This document shows, one piece after another, positions 41,087-51,124 of a stretch of DNA of 64,000 nucleotides. The stretch is from NCBI GenBank assembly GCA_963843795.1, contig CAWJLW010000006.1, positions 558,001 to 622,000 on the forward strand. Reading direction: 5' to 3'. Every line of letters starts with the position of its first letter. Within the stretch, counting starts at the first letter, position 1. Source of the stretch: an uncultured bacterium (GTDB taxonomy: Bacteria > Armatimonadota > Abditibacteriia > Abditibacteriales > Abditibacteriaceae). The notes beneath the pieces were generated by a model that had not been told where the DNA came from, ran no database searches, and saw only the letters and a list, made by a program, of their open reading frames with translations. The translations under genes and the position numbers were made by a program.

Positions 41087-41998
41087 ATGAGTTCTGTTCC
41101 CACTTTAAACGGCAATGCGCCGCCGTCCGTACTGCGCCTAGGTTTGCCCAAAGGTTCGCTGCAAGATGCAACGATTCGCATGATGAAGCGCGCCGGTTGG
41201 TCGGTCAGCGTTTCCGAGCGTTCTTATTTTCCCGCCGTCGATGACGAAGAATTGGAAATCGTTCTGCTGCGCGCGCAAGAAATTCCGCGTTACGTGCACG
41301 ATGGCGTGCTCGATGGTGGCATCACGGGCTACGATAACGTCCTCGAAACCGATGCCGATGTGCACGAAGTCGCCGAACTGATTTATTCCAAAGCCACTTC
41401 GCGCCCCTATCAATGGGTACTCGCTGTTCCGCAAAACTCCGAAATTACCTGTGCGCAAGATTTGCAGGGCAAACGCATTGCGACCGAGCTGGTCAACGTG
41501 ACACAGCGTTATCTGGATAAGCACAACGTCCAAGCAGAAATCGAATTTTCGTGGGGCGCGACCGAAGTCAAAGTTCCCGCTCTGGTCGATGCGATTGTCG
41601 AAGGCACCGAAACCGGTTCCACCCTCCGAGCGCATGGCTTGAAAATTATCGATGAACTGTTGAGTTCGACTACGCGGCTAATCGCCAATAAAGATTCGTG
41701 GGGCGACGAATGGAAGCGCGCCAAACTGGAAAATCTGGCGGTTTTGCTGCATGCCGCGATGGAAGCGCAGAGCAATGTTGGCTTGAAAATGAATGCGCCG
41801 CGCGAAAACCTGCCGCAGATTTTGGCTTCGTTGCCCGCGATGAAGCGGCCCACGATTTCGCAGTTATCCGACACCGCCGATTGGGTCGCCATCGAAATTA
41901 TCGCCGACGAAAAGCAGGTGCGCGATCTGATTCCGCGCCTCTTGCAGCAGGGCGCGACCGGCATCATCGAGTATCCGCTGAACAAAGTGATTCATTGA
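41087..41998 (+). CDS. hisG: ATP phosphoribosyltransferase, long form
   Basis: LGLPKGSL, RAQEIP, GITGYD, GATEVK..DAIVE.TETGSTL, C-terminal regulatory domain (PTISQL, GATGIIEYP). Confidence 0.95.
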   Translation: MSSVPTLNGNAPPSVLRLGLPKGSLQDATIRMMKRAGWSVSVSERSYFPAVDDEELEIVLLRAQEIPRYVHDGVLDGGITGYDNVLETDADVHEVAELIYSKATSRPYQWVLAVPQNSEITCAQDLQGKRIATELVNVTQRYLDKHNVQAEIEFSWGATEVKVPALVDAIVEGTETGSTLRAHGLKIIDELLSSTTRLIANKDSWGDEWKRAKLENLAVLLHAAMEAQSNVGLKMNAPRENLPQILASLPAMKRPTISQLSDTADWVAIEIIADEKQVRDLIPRLLQQGATGIIEYPLNKVIH

Positions 41999-42013
41999 AG
42001 AACGTCGATTTTT

Positions 42014-42661
42014 ATGAAAATTCTGGGTTTGACAGGAGACATCGCGTGCGGCAAAAGCACGGTGGCAGAAATTTTGGTTGCGCGTGGCGCTGCACATATC
42101 GATGCCGATAATCTGGTGCACGAACTGTATGATGACCCCGATTTCGGTCAGCGCGTGGTCGCTTTGTTTGTCGATAAGTTCGACGGCAATCTGGTGGTTG
42201 CCGTGCAATCTTTGCTGGACGAAAAAGGCGCTGTCAAACGCCCTGTTTTGGGACAGTTGGTGTTTGGCGATGCGCAGGCGTTGCGCCGTTTAGAAGCGCT
42301 GGTTCATCCCGCAGTGGCCGCGCTCCGTGTGCTGAAACTGGAATGGTTGCGTCGTCAGGACGATCCGCCACCGGTTGTCGTCATGGAAGCAGTTAAGCTG
42401 ATAGAAAGCGGTCAGGCACGCGATTGTGATGCGGTTTGGTGTGTGGCGTGCAGCGAAGAAACGCAGATGCGCCGCTTGACCCAAAATCGTGGATTGAGCG
42501 AAGACGCGGCGCGCGTTCGTCTGCGCGCACAGCCTACGGCAGACGAAAAACGCGCTGCTTGGGGCGCGTTGCCCTTGGTTTTGTTGCATAATGATGGCAC
42601 GCGCGAACAATTGGAAGCACAGGTCGCGGCGGCATGGGCGCGGTTGATAAAACAAAATTAG
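42014..42661 (+). CDS. coaE: Dephospho-CoA kinase
   Basis: GLTGDIACGKST, IDAD, LEALVHP, KLIESG, NDGT. Confidence 0.93.
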   Translation: MKILGLTGDIACGKSTVAEILVARGAAHIDADNLVHELYDDPDFGQRVVALFVDKFDGNLVVAVQSLLDEKGAVKRPVLGQLVFGDAQALRRLEALVHPAVAALRVLKLEWLRRQDDPPPVVVMEAVKLIESGQARDCDAVWCVACSEETQMRRLTQNRGLSEDAARVRLRAQPTADEKRAAWGALPLVLLHNDGTREQLEAQVAAAWARLIKQN

Positions 42662-42720
42662 CCCTGCAAGTACTTGCAGGCGGTTCATAGAGAAAAATCG
42701 GGCGGGGATTTTGGGAAAAT

Positions 42721-43668
42721 ATGCAATCGAATGAATTTGTGGAGATCGTAACGCAACTGACTCGTAATATCCAGAGCGTAATTATTGGTAAAAACGATGT
42801 CGTCGAAAGTTGTGTGATCGGTCTGTTGGCCGAAGGGCATATTTTGCTAGAAGACGTGCCCGGCATGGGCAAAACCACGCTGGCCAAAAGTTTGGCGCGC
42901 ACGCTTGGCGTTTCGGCGCAACGCATTCAGTTTACGCCCGATTTACTGCCGTCCGATTTAACTGGAACTGTGGTGTGGGATCAGCACGAAAACCAGTTCC
43001 ATTTCCGCGAAGGGCCGGTTTTCGCCCATGTGGTTCTAGCCGATGAAATCAATCGCGCCAGCCCAAAAACCCAGTCGGCGCTTCTGGAATGTATGGAAGA
43101 GCATCAGGTCACAATCGACCTGAAAACGCATACTCTGCCGGAACCGTTTTTCGTGATCGCAACGCAAAATCCAGCCGAATACGAGGGCGTTTATCCCCTT
43201 CCCGAATCGCAGCTCGACCGCTTTGCGATGCGGCTGAGCATCGGTTATCCATCGCCCGAAGCCGAGAAAACTTTGATTCGCAGCCAACGCATTGAGCATC
43301 CTTTGGAAGCCTTGAAGCCGGTCACCGATGTGGCGCAAATTCGCGCCATGCAAAGCTATGTGCGCTCGATTGCCATTAGCGACAATATCTACGATTACAT
43401 CTTGCGCTTGGCCCAAGCCACGCGCGAGCATTCGCAAATTATGCTTGGTCTCAGCCCGCGTGGCGCCTTGACTCTGGCGCGCACCGCGCAAGCTCTGGCG
43501 GCTACACAGGGACGCGATTATGTGCTGCCTGACGATGTTAAAGCCGTCGCGCCGCCAGTGATGAGCCATCGCTTGTTGCCGCATCCCGAAGTGCGCATGA
43601 GCGGCTTTTCCGCCGACCGCTTGATCGCCGATTTACTGCATTCGGTGCCCATCGAACTCAAAAGTTAA
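42721..43668 (+). CDS. MoxR-family AAA+ ATPase
   Basis: GHILLEDVPGMGKT, RIQFTPDLLPSD, LADEINRASPKTQSALLE, ATQNP..YPLPESQLDRF. Confidence 0.95.
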   Translation: MQSNEFVEIVTQLTRNIQSVIIGKNDVVESCVIGLLAEGHILLEDVPGMGKTTLAKSLARTLGVSAQRIQFTPDLLPSDLTGTVVWDQHENQFHFREGPVFAHVVLADEINRASPKTQSALLECMEEHQVTIDLKTHTLPEPFFVIATQNPAEYEGVYPLPESQLDRFAMRLSIGYPSPEAEKTLIRSQRIEHPLEALKPVTDVAQIRAMQSYVRSIAISDNIYDYILRLAQATREHSQIMLGLSPRGALTLARTAQALAATQGRDYVLPDDVKAVAPPVMSHRLLPHPEVRMSGFSADRLIADLLHSVPIELKS

Positions 43669-43707
43669 GCTACAAACCTGTGACAAGTACTTGCAGGAAG
43701 AAAATAA

Positions 43708-43743
43708 AAACGCCGCACCGATTATTCTATCGGTGCGGCGTTT
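43708..43743. terminator. Bidirectional terminator between moxR and tadG-like gene
   Basis: AAACGCCGCACCGAT-N6-ATCGGTGCGGCGTTT. Confidence 0.8.
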
Positions 43744-43764
43744 CATTTGAGAAAATACTGATTT

Positions 43765-45327
43765 TTAATCGACTAGGCGCACACTGGGATCGGTATTGGT
43801 TGACGTGCGGGTGCTGTATTTGATTTTCCACGTTGAAGTGTCGTAGGCCGCGGCGTTGTAGGTCGCGTACCACGTTGCGCCACCTTGCGAAGCATAGGAC
43901 GCTGGCAGATCGATGCGATCAGGCGGGTTGTTCCATTGGCCATTATTTGACAGGGTGCCTGGAAACGGGCCGTAGCTGGCGCCATCAGCCGTTTTGTAAC
44001 TGTAATTCACGCTAGTCGCGCCGATGTCTGTATCGAACTTATCAATGAACAGCGATTCCGCGCTGGATGGTACGTAGCCTAAGCTGACCGTAATTTGGCC
44101 ACTGCGCGTGAAATTGAAAACGCTTTTGCCCAGCGCACTGAAACTGGTGCCATTGCCCGCGCCGCCAGCGTTATATTGCTGCTTCCAGGTCGGGAAATCG
44201 GCTTCTGTGCGCAGACCTGAGTGCGGCGGGCCGGCACGCAGTTGGAAACCGTTTTCGCTGGAGCCGCTTAATGCCTTCACAATCAAACTGTAACTTCCCG
44301 GCCCATTGTTCGGGTCGTTGATGTCGAATGTGAAGCCGTTGGGCGTCGTCCATTTCAAGTTTCCGTCTTGACTGGCCTCGTCGGCGCCATAAGTGGCTTC
44401 GGCAATCAAGCGCGACGATTGCGGCTCGCCCGGATATCTTTCGGGACGTAACAAGGTATATTTGGTGACAGTAGGCGATAATGTCCCTTGATTGGCGACG
44501 TGAATTTCGTCCCAGTCCGCAAGAGAGTTGCTGCTATCGACGACGTAACAATCAGGATCGAAAATTTCCAATTGCACTTGACTCGATCCGTTGCGTGCGA
44601 CGTAATCGGGTGCGATGTCCAAACGATATTCGTAGCCGGGAAAGTTCGTACCCGCGGGGTCGTTCTCAAAACCTGTGTTGGGATCGACATTGTCGAATTG
44701 TTTGAAGAGAGGTGAGTAAGCGTCACCATATTCATACAAGCTATTGGGGCCAAAAACCGAAGGGTTAGCAAAGCCGCTCGCCGAACCGTATTCGGCGCCA
44801 CCCAGAACGTCGAGTTTGATCGGATTGGTCGCAAAAACCGCTTCTGCCGTCGCGCGCGCGCCGACCACGCTCGTGGTTTTATTTTCACCAAACAACGCCG
44901 CCATTGCGGGCAGGAAATATAATGGCTCGCGTCGCTGCACCACGACTTCAATACGATTCTTCACCAGGCTATCACTCGAAGCATAGGTGCGCGGTGTCAC
45001 CGTTGCGCCTTTGGCGGTATCGTAACCGTTTAATTTGGCATATTGAATGGCAGTGGCTTCTGCTGTGGAAGGATTCTGTAAATCATATGCTCCAGCCAGC
45101 GCGGCGGCATCGGCAGCACGCTGCGCCTGAGCGCGACGCGTATACAAACTACCCATATCGACGACCAGAGCCGTAATGCCCATAAAGCCCGCCAGTCCCA
45201 GCGCCGTGTAAATCAAAGCCACGCCGCGTCGGCGCGCCAACGGTGGCGCCCAACGTGAACGCGCTGGGTAACGATTTTGGATTGTCAGGCGAAAATTCGG
45301 GCGACTTTTTGAAAAATTGGAAAACAT
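43765..45327 (-). CDS. TadG-like pseudopilin with a large C-terminal extracellular domain
   Basis: RRRG|VALIY.. TM, VDMG..AQRAADAAALAGA, GARATAEA. Confidence 0.85.
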   Translation of the reverse strand: MFSNFSKSRPNFRLTIQNRYPARSRWAPPLARRRGVALIYTALGLAGFMGITALVVDMGSLYTRRAQAQRAADAAALAGAYDLQNPSTAEATAIQYAKLNGYDTAKGATVTPRTYASSDSLVKNRIEVVVQRREPLYFLPAMAALFGENKTTSVVGARATAEAVFATNPIKLDVLGGAEYGSASGFANPSVFGPNSLYEYGDAYSPLFKQFDNVDPNTGFENDPAGTNFPGYEYRLDIAPDYVARNGSSQVQLEIFDPDCYVVDSSNSLADWDEIHVANQGTLSPTVTKYTLLRPERYPGEPQSSRLIAEATYGADEASQDGNLKWTTPNGFTFDINDPNNGPGSYSLIVKALSGSSENGFQLRAGPPHSGLRTEADFPTWKQQYNAGGAGNGTSFSALGKSVFNFTRSGQITVSLGYVPSSAESLFIDKFDTDIGATSVNYSYKTADGASYGPFPGTLSNNGQWNNPPDRIDLPASYASQGGATWYATYNAAAYDTSTWKIKYSTRTSTNTDPSVRLVD

Positions 45328-45383
45328 AGAAGACCTCCTGCAAGAGGAGAAATACGAAGAATGAAAAGTTCGGCGTGCACTTG

Positions 45384-45884
45384 CTAATTGACAATGCGCA
45401 TAATCGAAGTTGAGCGATAAAGCGGATCGTTGCTGGCATTCTTGGGATAATTAGCCAGCAGCGTTCCGGTGATGGGTAGAAAAATGCGGCTGCGCAAATT
45501 GTAAGTTACGGTCACCGTTAGCTGCGCACCTCTGTTGCGGCTACCCTCGGCGGGTGCGATGGTGATGGAAAGATCGTTGTTGACCGTGTTATCGGTGCCG
45601 CGCCGCAATGGTGTCTGACTCGCCTGTCCGATAATAAATTTCCGAATATCGGCATCGGTTTTTTCGGGGCCAAAAGCAGCGTAGCGCGCGCCATCGCGAG
45701 TAAGGTTGGTGACGATTTCGGTCGCCTGAGTCAGTAGGCCAAATTGCACTACTCCCAAAGCCAGCGCCACAAAAATCGGCGCGATCAATGCAAATTCCAG
45801 CAACGCTTGCCCGCGTCGCCGACCCGCAACACAACGTCGCTTGGCATCCGGTCGGGCGAGCTGGTTTTTAGAGTGAAGAAACAT
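45384..45884 (-). CDS. TadE-like pseudopilin
   Basis: RRRG|QALLEFAL, G-x2-QFG, RDGARYA. Confidence 0.9.
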   Translation of the reverse strand: MFLHSKNQLARPDAKRRCVAGRRRGQALLEFALIAPIFVALALGVVQFGLLTQATEIVTNLTRDGARYAAFGPEKTDADIRKFIIGQASQTPLRRGTDNTVNNDLSITIAPAEGSRNRGAQLTVTVTYNLRSRIFLPITGTLLANYPKNASNDPLYRSTSIMRIVN

Positions 45885-45942
45885 AATTCGTCGTCTTTGT
45901 GTGCGGCAAGTGCTTGCCGCAACGCCTTGTGAAGCAACGCGC

Positions 45943-46443
45943 TTAATTTTCGATTAAATTGCTCGCGGTCGCTTGATAGCTGGTGTAGCGCGCGGGTAAG
46001 GGAAACAGGTTGGGAGCAAAACTTTTGGTTGTCAGATTGTAATTGACGCGAACCCGAATTTCGCGTCCGGCTTCGTTCACGGGTCGCTCGACGATAACCG
46101 AAGCGCTATTGATGGCATTCTGATTAATCGTCGTGTTATTGGCGCGCGTTCTTAGATAAGCCACAACCTGAGTTTTCAAGTTGCTGTCGTCGGGAACTGT
46201 CAAGCTGTGCACCGAAGCGTAACGCGCGCCTTCGCGTGTCAGGTTGTTTAGCGTCAGTGCGCCGTTATAAATCATTCCATACTGAACCAAACCCAGAGAA
46301 ACCACAAGCAAAATTACGATGACAAAGCCGGTTTCGACTATTGCCTGACCGCGCTGCCGCACCTTGAAACGTAGCGCCCCATAGCGCGAAAAGGGGCGCG
46401 GTTTTTTCGTGGTTGTCAGACCCATCAAATTTCGTGTACTCAT
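45943..46443 (-). CDS. TadE-like pseudopilin
   Basis: QRG|QAIVE, GLVQYG, REGARYA. Confidence 0.9.
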   Translation of the reverse strand: MSTRNLMGLTTTKKPRPFSRYGALRFKVRQRGQAIVETGFVIVILLVVSLGLVQYGMIYNGALTLNNLTREGARYASVHSLTVPDDSNLKTQVVAYLRTRANNTTINQNAINSASVIVERPVNEAGREIRVRVNYNLTTKSFAPNLFPLPARYTSYQATASNLIEN

Positions 46444-46774
46444 ACGATTTCCTTGTCAGCGAACTTCGGCTTAACTTCCAGTTTTCCCCAAGATAATAGA
46501 ATTGCAACATCCTTGCCTTATTCTAATCTTGCTATTTGCATTGAAACGCGCAGCTTCCTCGCTGGTTCATTTCGGAGACGTTGAAATTGTACTGGTTCCG
46601 TGTCACGACCATTGTTTTGGGTTGCTTATTTACGTTTGTCGCGACTGCTAAACTGCTATTCCATATTTACGCACCACATTTTTCCGAAATTTTCCGATTT
46701 TTAAGCTTGTTACGATCCTGCAAGTACCTGCAGGGCCAAATGCGGGTTACGATTATTTCAAATACCTGAATTCT

Positions 46775-48157
46775 ATGTCCATTTCTGAATCGCCGTTTTT
46801 ACAAGATAACGATCAAAGTGCCGAGCCGATTACTGATGCTTCAATTGGAGATATCGAATCGCAGCACGACAACAGCGAACAATTGTTCGCTTTGGCCAAC
46901 GAAGTGATACCCGGCGGCGTCAATTCGCCCGTGCGCGCCTTTGGCGCAGTCGGTGGCACGCCGCGCTTTATTGCGCGCGGTCAGGGCGCGTATATGTGGG
47001 ACGAAGACGGAGAGAAATATCTCGATTTCGTTTCTTCTTGGGGGCCATTAATTCACGGCCATGCTGCGCCGTTTGTCCATGACGCGGTGAAAAAACAGTT
47101 GGATGCGGGCGCATCGTTCGGCGCGCCGACGAGATTGGAAATTGAAATGGCGCAGTTGGTGTGTGAATGCGTGCCGTCGATTGCAAGCGTGCGCATGGTC
47201 AATTCCGGCACTGAAGCTGTGATGGGTGCGATTCGTGCGGCACGCGGTTTCACAAAACGCGATAAAATCGTCAAATTCGCCGGTTGTTACCACGGCCACA
47301 TGGACGCGCTTCTGGTGCAAGCCGGCAGCGGTGCGATGACAATGGGCGCGCCCGATTCGGCTGGCGTCACTTCACATCAAACTCAAGACACTGTTGTGTG
47401 TCGCTTCAACGACATCGACGGCACGCGCCAAACCCTGCGCGACTTGGGCGATCAACTGGCGTGCGTCGCCATCGAACCGCTGCCCGCGAATATGGGACTT
47501 GTGCCCGCTCGTGAGGGATTTTTGCAAATGTTGCGCGAAGAAACTCAAAAGTCGGGCGCGGTTTTGCTGTTCGATGAAGTAATGACAGGCTTTCGTTTGC
47601 GTCGCGGCGGTTATCAGGAATTGATTGATATTACGCCCGACGCGACCACGCTGGGCAAAATTATCGGCGGCGGTTTTCCAGTCGGCGCGTATGGCGGCTC
47701 GCGCGAAATGATGCACTGCGTCGCCCCCGTCGGCCCGGTTTATCAGGCCGGAACCCTTTCGGGAAACCCCATCGCCATGACAGCCGGTTTGGCAACTTTG
47801 CGCGCTTTGGACGATGCAGCGTATGCGCGCTTGGAAGAGTTAGGTGCGCGTTGGGAAAATGGCCTGCGCGCGATTTTAGATAATGTCGGCGTCAAAGCGC
47901 AATTGCATCGCGTCGGTTCGATGTGGACTTTGTTTTTCAGTGACGAACCTGTCACCGATTACGAAAGTGCCAAAAAAAGCGACACGCAATTATTCGCGCG
48001 TTGGTTTCACGCCATGCTGCAACGCGGTGTTTATCTGCCGCCTTCGCAATTTGAAGCCGCCTTTATTTCGCTCGCCCAAACCGAAGCCGATATTGATTTT
48101 GCGCTCGATGCAGCGCGCGAAGCTTTGCCCACAGCATTGCACGAACATACCAACTGA
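46775..48157 (+). CDS. hemL: Glutamate-1-semialdehyde 2,1-aminomutase
   Basis: PGGVNSPVRAF, NSGTEA, GCYHGH, FDEVMTGFR, GKIIGGG, YQAGTLSGNP, PPSQFE. Confidence 0.97.
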   Translation: MSISESPFLQDNDQSAEPITDASIGDIESQHDNSEQLFALANEVIPGGVNSPVRAFGAVGGTPRFIARGQGAYMWDEDGEKYLDFVSSWGPLIHGHAAPFVHDAVKKQLDAGASFGAPTRLEIEMAQLVCECVPSIASVRMVNSGTEAVMGAIRAARGFTKRDKIVKFAGCYHGHMDALLVQAGSGAMTMGAPDSAGVTSHQTQDTVVCRFNDIDGTRQTLRDLGDQLACVAIEPLPANMGLVPAREGFLQMLREETQKSGAVLLFDEVMTGFRLRRGGYQELIDITPDATTLGKIIGGGFPVGAYGGSREMMHCVAPVGPVYQAGTLSGNPIAMTAGLATLRALDDAAYARLEELGARWENGLRAILDNVGVKAQLHRVGSMWTLFFSDEPVTDYESAKKSDTQLFARWFHAMLQRGVYLPPSQFEAAFISLAQTEADIDFALDAAREALPTALHEHTN

Positions 48158-48163
48158 AAACAC

Positions 48164-48199
48164 AAAAAGCTCGCTGCAAGTACTTGCAGCGAGCTTTTT
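48164..48199. terminator. Bidirectional terminator: 36-bp perfect palindrome on the 12-mer
   Basis: AAAAAGCTCGCT-GCAAGTACTTGC-AGCGAGCTTTTT between convergent genes. Confidence 0.82.
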
Positions 48200-48212
48200 C
48201 GAATCTTCTTTT

Positions 48213-48578
48213 TCAGCCGCCGGGATGAAAAATGAAATTTACCGTTTTGGTCATACAAAATGCTGCGAATCGTTGAACTTCTTCATCCGAAGGCTCGCCG
48301 CCAATGCGCACATCGCTGCTCCAATATTCGATGGTTGAATTTGGGGGCAAATCTGCCACGTTCTTGCGCAGATAATCCGAATCGAGCGATTGATAGGCAG
48401 AGTTAGGCCACGCATCGACTTGCCAGACAAACTGGTGTGGCTTAGCTCCGACAATCCAAATCAGGTTGAGCGTATATTTATGCGCTTGTGCCGGTTCTGT
48501 TTCTTCGGCCTGCGCGCCAAAACTTAGTAGCGCCACGCACAATGCGCACCCAATCAACAGCCGTTTCGTTCGCTTCAT
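48213..48578 (-). CDS. Small secreted hypothetical protein
   Basis: Signal peptide MKRTKRLL..GAQA|E; purine-rich upstream region. Confidence 0.65.
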   Translation of the reverse strand: MKRTKRLLIGCALCVALLSFGAQAEETEPAQAHKYTLNLIWIVGAKPHQFVWQVDAWPNSAYQSLDSDYLRKNVADLPPNSTIEYWSSDVRIGGEPSDEEVQRFAAFCMTKTVNFIFHPGG

Positions 48579-48633
48579 CGTTTGTTTTTCCTGTCAAAAA
48601 TTACAACTCCCTACTGCAAGTACTTGCAGCGCG

Positions 48634-51003
48634 TTATTTCACTTCGATAACGCGGTTGGGCAACACGATAATCGCGCGGTCGCCGACGCTGAGCCATTTC
48701 GCAACGGTTTTGTCGCCCAGCAATTTCAAGTATTCAGCCGAGCCGAAGCTGATGATTTCCGGCTTGGCTTTCTCTTTATCGAACGCGCCATCGACCCAAA
48801 CGCCATCGCGCAAATAGAACGCTTTGCCTTCGATGTAACGCACATTTGCATCGCTTTCCACTTTCGAGGCCTCGCGCATCTGGCGGCGGTCTTTGGATGC
48901 GATAACCGCAGCAGCCCCGCTATCGGCGGCGGGCATCGCTGCCGAAGCTCCGGCTGAATTAGCGCTAGTTTTCAGAGGACTGCCTCTGCCGCCAAAACCA
49001 CCGCCTCCGAATCCACCACTGTTCATCATTACGCCACCACGCGGGCCTTGTGGGCCATTGAGAACGGGAATCGAAGGCGAATCTTCAGTGATTAACGCGG
49101 CAGTGACTGGAGTGACGATGCCGTATTTCTTGCTCAGCTTAATGATTTCCGCGCGCACTTCTTCGCTCATCGGACGCTTGTTGTCGCGCGCGTCTTCGAC
49201 CAGATAACCAATTTTGCGCATTGCCCACAAGCGCGGTAGCAAATCGTTGTTATCGTTTCCGGCAAAATTGCCATCGCCGCCGATTCGTTCTTCGTGCCCG
49301 TTTGAGGTACCGATTAACTGCACCTGCGCGCGCGGCGAAGTCGTGCCTTCGTAGCGTCCGAAAACCACAGCTTGCGTGCCACGAAACAAGTCGGGCAAGC
49401 GGCGCGGATACACATCGTGAACCTGCAAACCGCCCCAATCCAAACGCGGATTACTCAAAACCGGATAAGCGATTTTCGCATACAACGAACCGACTTTGGC
49501 TTCGATGTCTTCTTTAGGCAACACGTAATCCGACGAGCCGCGATTATCTTCAGCCAAGGTGTCCAACAAACGCGTGTTGACGTCGTAACCGACACCGAAT
49601 ACGAACAAACGGGTTAGCTCGTCTTTGGTGTCGTTATCGTTTTTCTGGCGCACATTTTTCAAAATCTGCGCGACATCGGTTTCGCCGACTGTGGGTTGTC
49701 CGTCGGTGAGAAACACGATTTGGCGCGCGCGATTGCCTTCGGGTTTGCCCAACATTTTCAGGGCGTCGAGCAGAGCGTCGTTGATGTTGGTGCCGCCGAC
49801 GGCTTTGATGCCTTCGATCCACTTTTTGGCAGCTTGCAAATTATCGGGTGCAGCAGTTTTCATTTCCTCTCGGAAAGTGCGCGTATCAGACGCGAAAGTG
49901 AGGATGCCGAAGCGGTCGCGCGCGTTGAGGTTACCCAGAAGCGTAGAAAGCGCGCGGCGCGCCTGACCGATTTTGTCACCTTCCATCGAGCCGCTGGTGT
50001 CGCAGACGAAAATCACATCTTTGGCGGCAATTTCGCGGTCGCTGAGATTAGGATCGGGCGCGACCATCATCATAAAGTAACCGTCGTCGCCCGCTTCTTT
50101 GTAGGAAACCGCGCTTACGCCAACGCGACTCTTGGCAGTCGAGAAATACAAAACGAAATCGCGATTGGCCGCGCTTTTTTCTGCGTTGTCGTCACCCTTT
50201 TGTCCGGCTTTCCATTCGCCCGAAACGTGCGCGTTATCGCCATCGCGCGAGGTGTCGATTTCGTGCGTGGGCGAATACACGGCGCGCAAACCGTTCGGCT
50301 CGCGCAATTTGATGTCAACGCTGCTGCTTTGCGCGGTGCCGCCAACCGGCAAACGCAGCGGCAAAACGTAGCGAAAACTGCCGCCCGCGCCATCTCCGCT
50401 TTGAGGCGTTAAGGCTTCAGAATATTCGAGTTCGATTTTCGGCGTGTCGTTGGGTGCGATGGGGAAAATGCGCGCTTTGACCAGATTGCGGTCGATAAAT
50501 TCTAGAATCGCCGGGTCGCGCATTTTTTGCACGATGCCAGTGTAAATTTCGCGCGCTTTGTCAGCTTCCAAAATCTCCGCCGCAATGCGTTTCCCGTTCA
50601 CCGTCATGGCGAAGTTGGAGATCGCCGCGCCGCTGGGAAGCGGAAAAAGGTAGGTGCCTTCGATGGTGCGATTGGTCGGGTTTTGAAAAGTTTGTTCGAG
50701 TTTGGTGTGCGCGACGGCGCCTTCAATAGTGACTTGCGCTTTCTGGTCGAGCAAGCGCAATTCCTGTCCCAATTGTGGTGGCAGCGGGCGCGGCGGCACG
50801 ATGATCGGCGGCTGCGGAAACGGCGGGCGAATTGGTGGATGATGAATCGGGCGTTCGGGTGCGTTTTGCGCCCGAGTTGGCACGATTTGCGTGGCGCCAT
50901 AAATCGTGACGCCGATGGCAATGGCTATCATGCTCCATAGCCAGAGCGGTTTTGAAGTTTCGGACGGCGTGCGTTCGGATGGTGTGTGCTCAGATGGTTT
51001 CAT
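48634..51003 (-). CDS. VIT + von Willebrand A domain protein
   Basis: QTFQNP..EGTYLFPLP (VIT), DTSGSM MIDAS, GGTNI, FLTDG, FGVG; AGGAGG RBS before ATG 51003. Confidence 0.92.
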   Translation of the reverse strand: MKPSEHTPSERTPSETSKPLWLWSMIAIAIGVTIYGATQIVPTRAQNAPERPIHHPPIRPPFPQPPIIVPPRPLPPQLGQELRLLDQKAQVTIEGAVAHTKLEQTFQNPTNRTIEGTYLFPLPSGAAISNFAMTVNGKRIAAEILEADKAREIYTGIVQKMRDPAILEFIDRNLVKARIFPIAPNDTPKIELEYSEALTPQSGDGAGGSFRYVLPLRLPVGGTAQSSSVDIKLREPNGLRAVYSPTHEIDTSRDGDNAHVSGEWKAGQKGDDNAEKSAANRDFVLYFSTAKSRVGVSAVSYKEAGDDGYFMMMVAPDPNLSDREIAAKDVIFVCDTSGSMEGDKIGQARRALSTLLGNLNARDRFGILTFASDTRTFREEMKTAAPDNLQAAKKWIEGIKAVGGTNINDALLDALKMLGKPEGNRARQIVFLTDGQPTVGETDVAQILKNVRQKNDNDTKDELTRLFVFGVGYDVNTRLLDTLAEDNRGSSDYVLPKEDIEAKVGSLYAKIAYPVLSNPRLDWGGLQVHDVYPRRLPDLFRGTQAVVFGRYEGTTSPRAQVQLIGTSNGHEERIGGDGNFAGNDNNDLLPRLWAMRKIGYLVEDARDNKRPMSEEVRAEIIKLSKKYGIVTPVTAALITEDSPSIPVLNGPQGPRGGVMMNSGGFGGGGFGGRGSPLKTSANSAGASAAMPAADSGAAAVIASKDRRQMREASKVESDANVRYIEGKAFYLRDGVWVDGAFDKEKAKPEIISFGSAEYLKLLGDKTVAKWLSVGDRAIIVLPNRVIEVK

Positions 51004-51124
51004 TTTATCCTCCTGCGAATAACCCTCCGACACAGGCAACTTGTGATATGTTCCCCCTGTCACAATTGAGGAGCGCGCTGCAAGTACTTGCAGCGCGCTT
51101 TGGATAATCGGCACTCGAGCGGAT

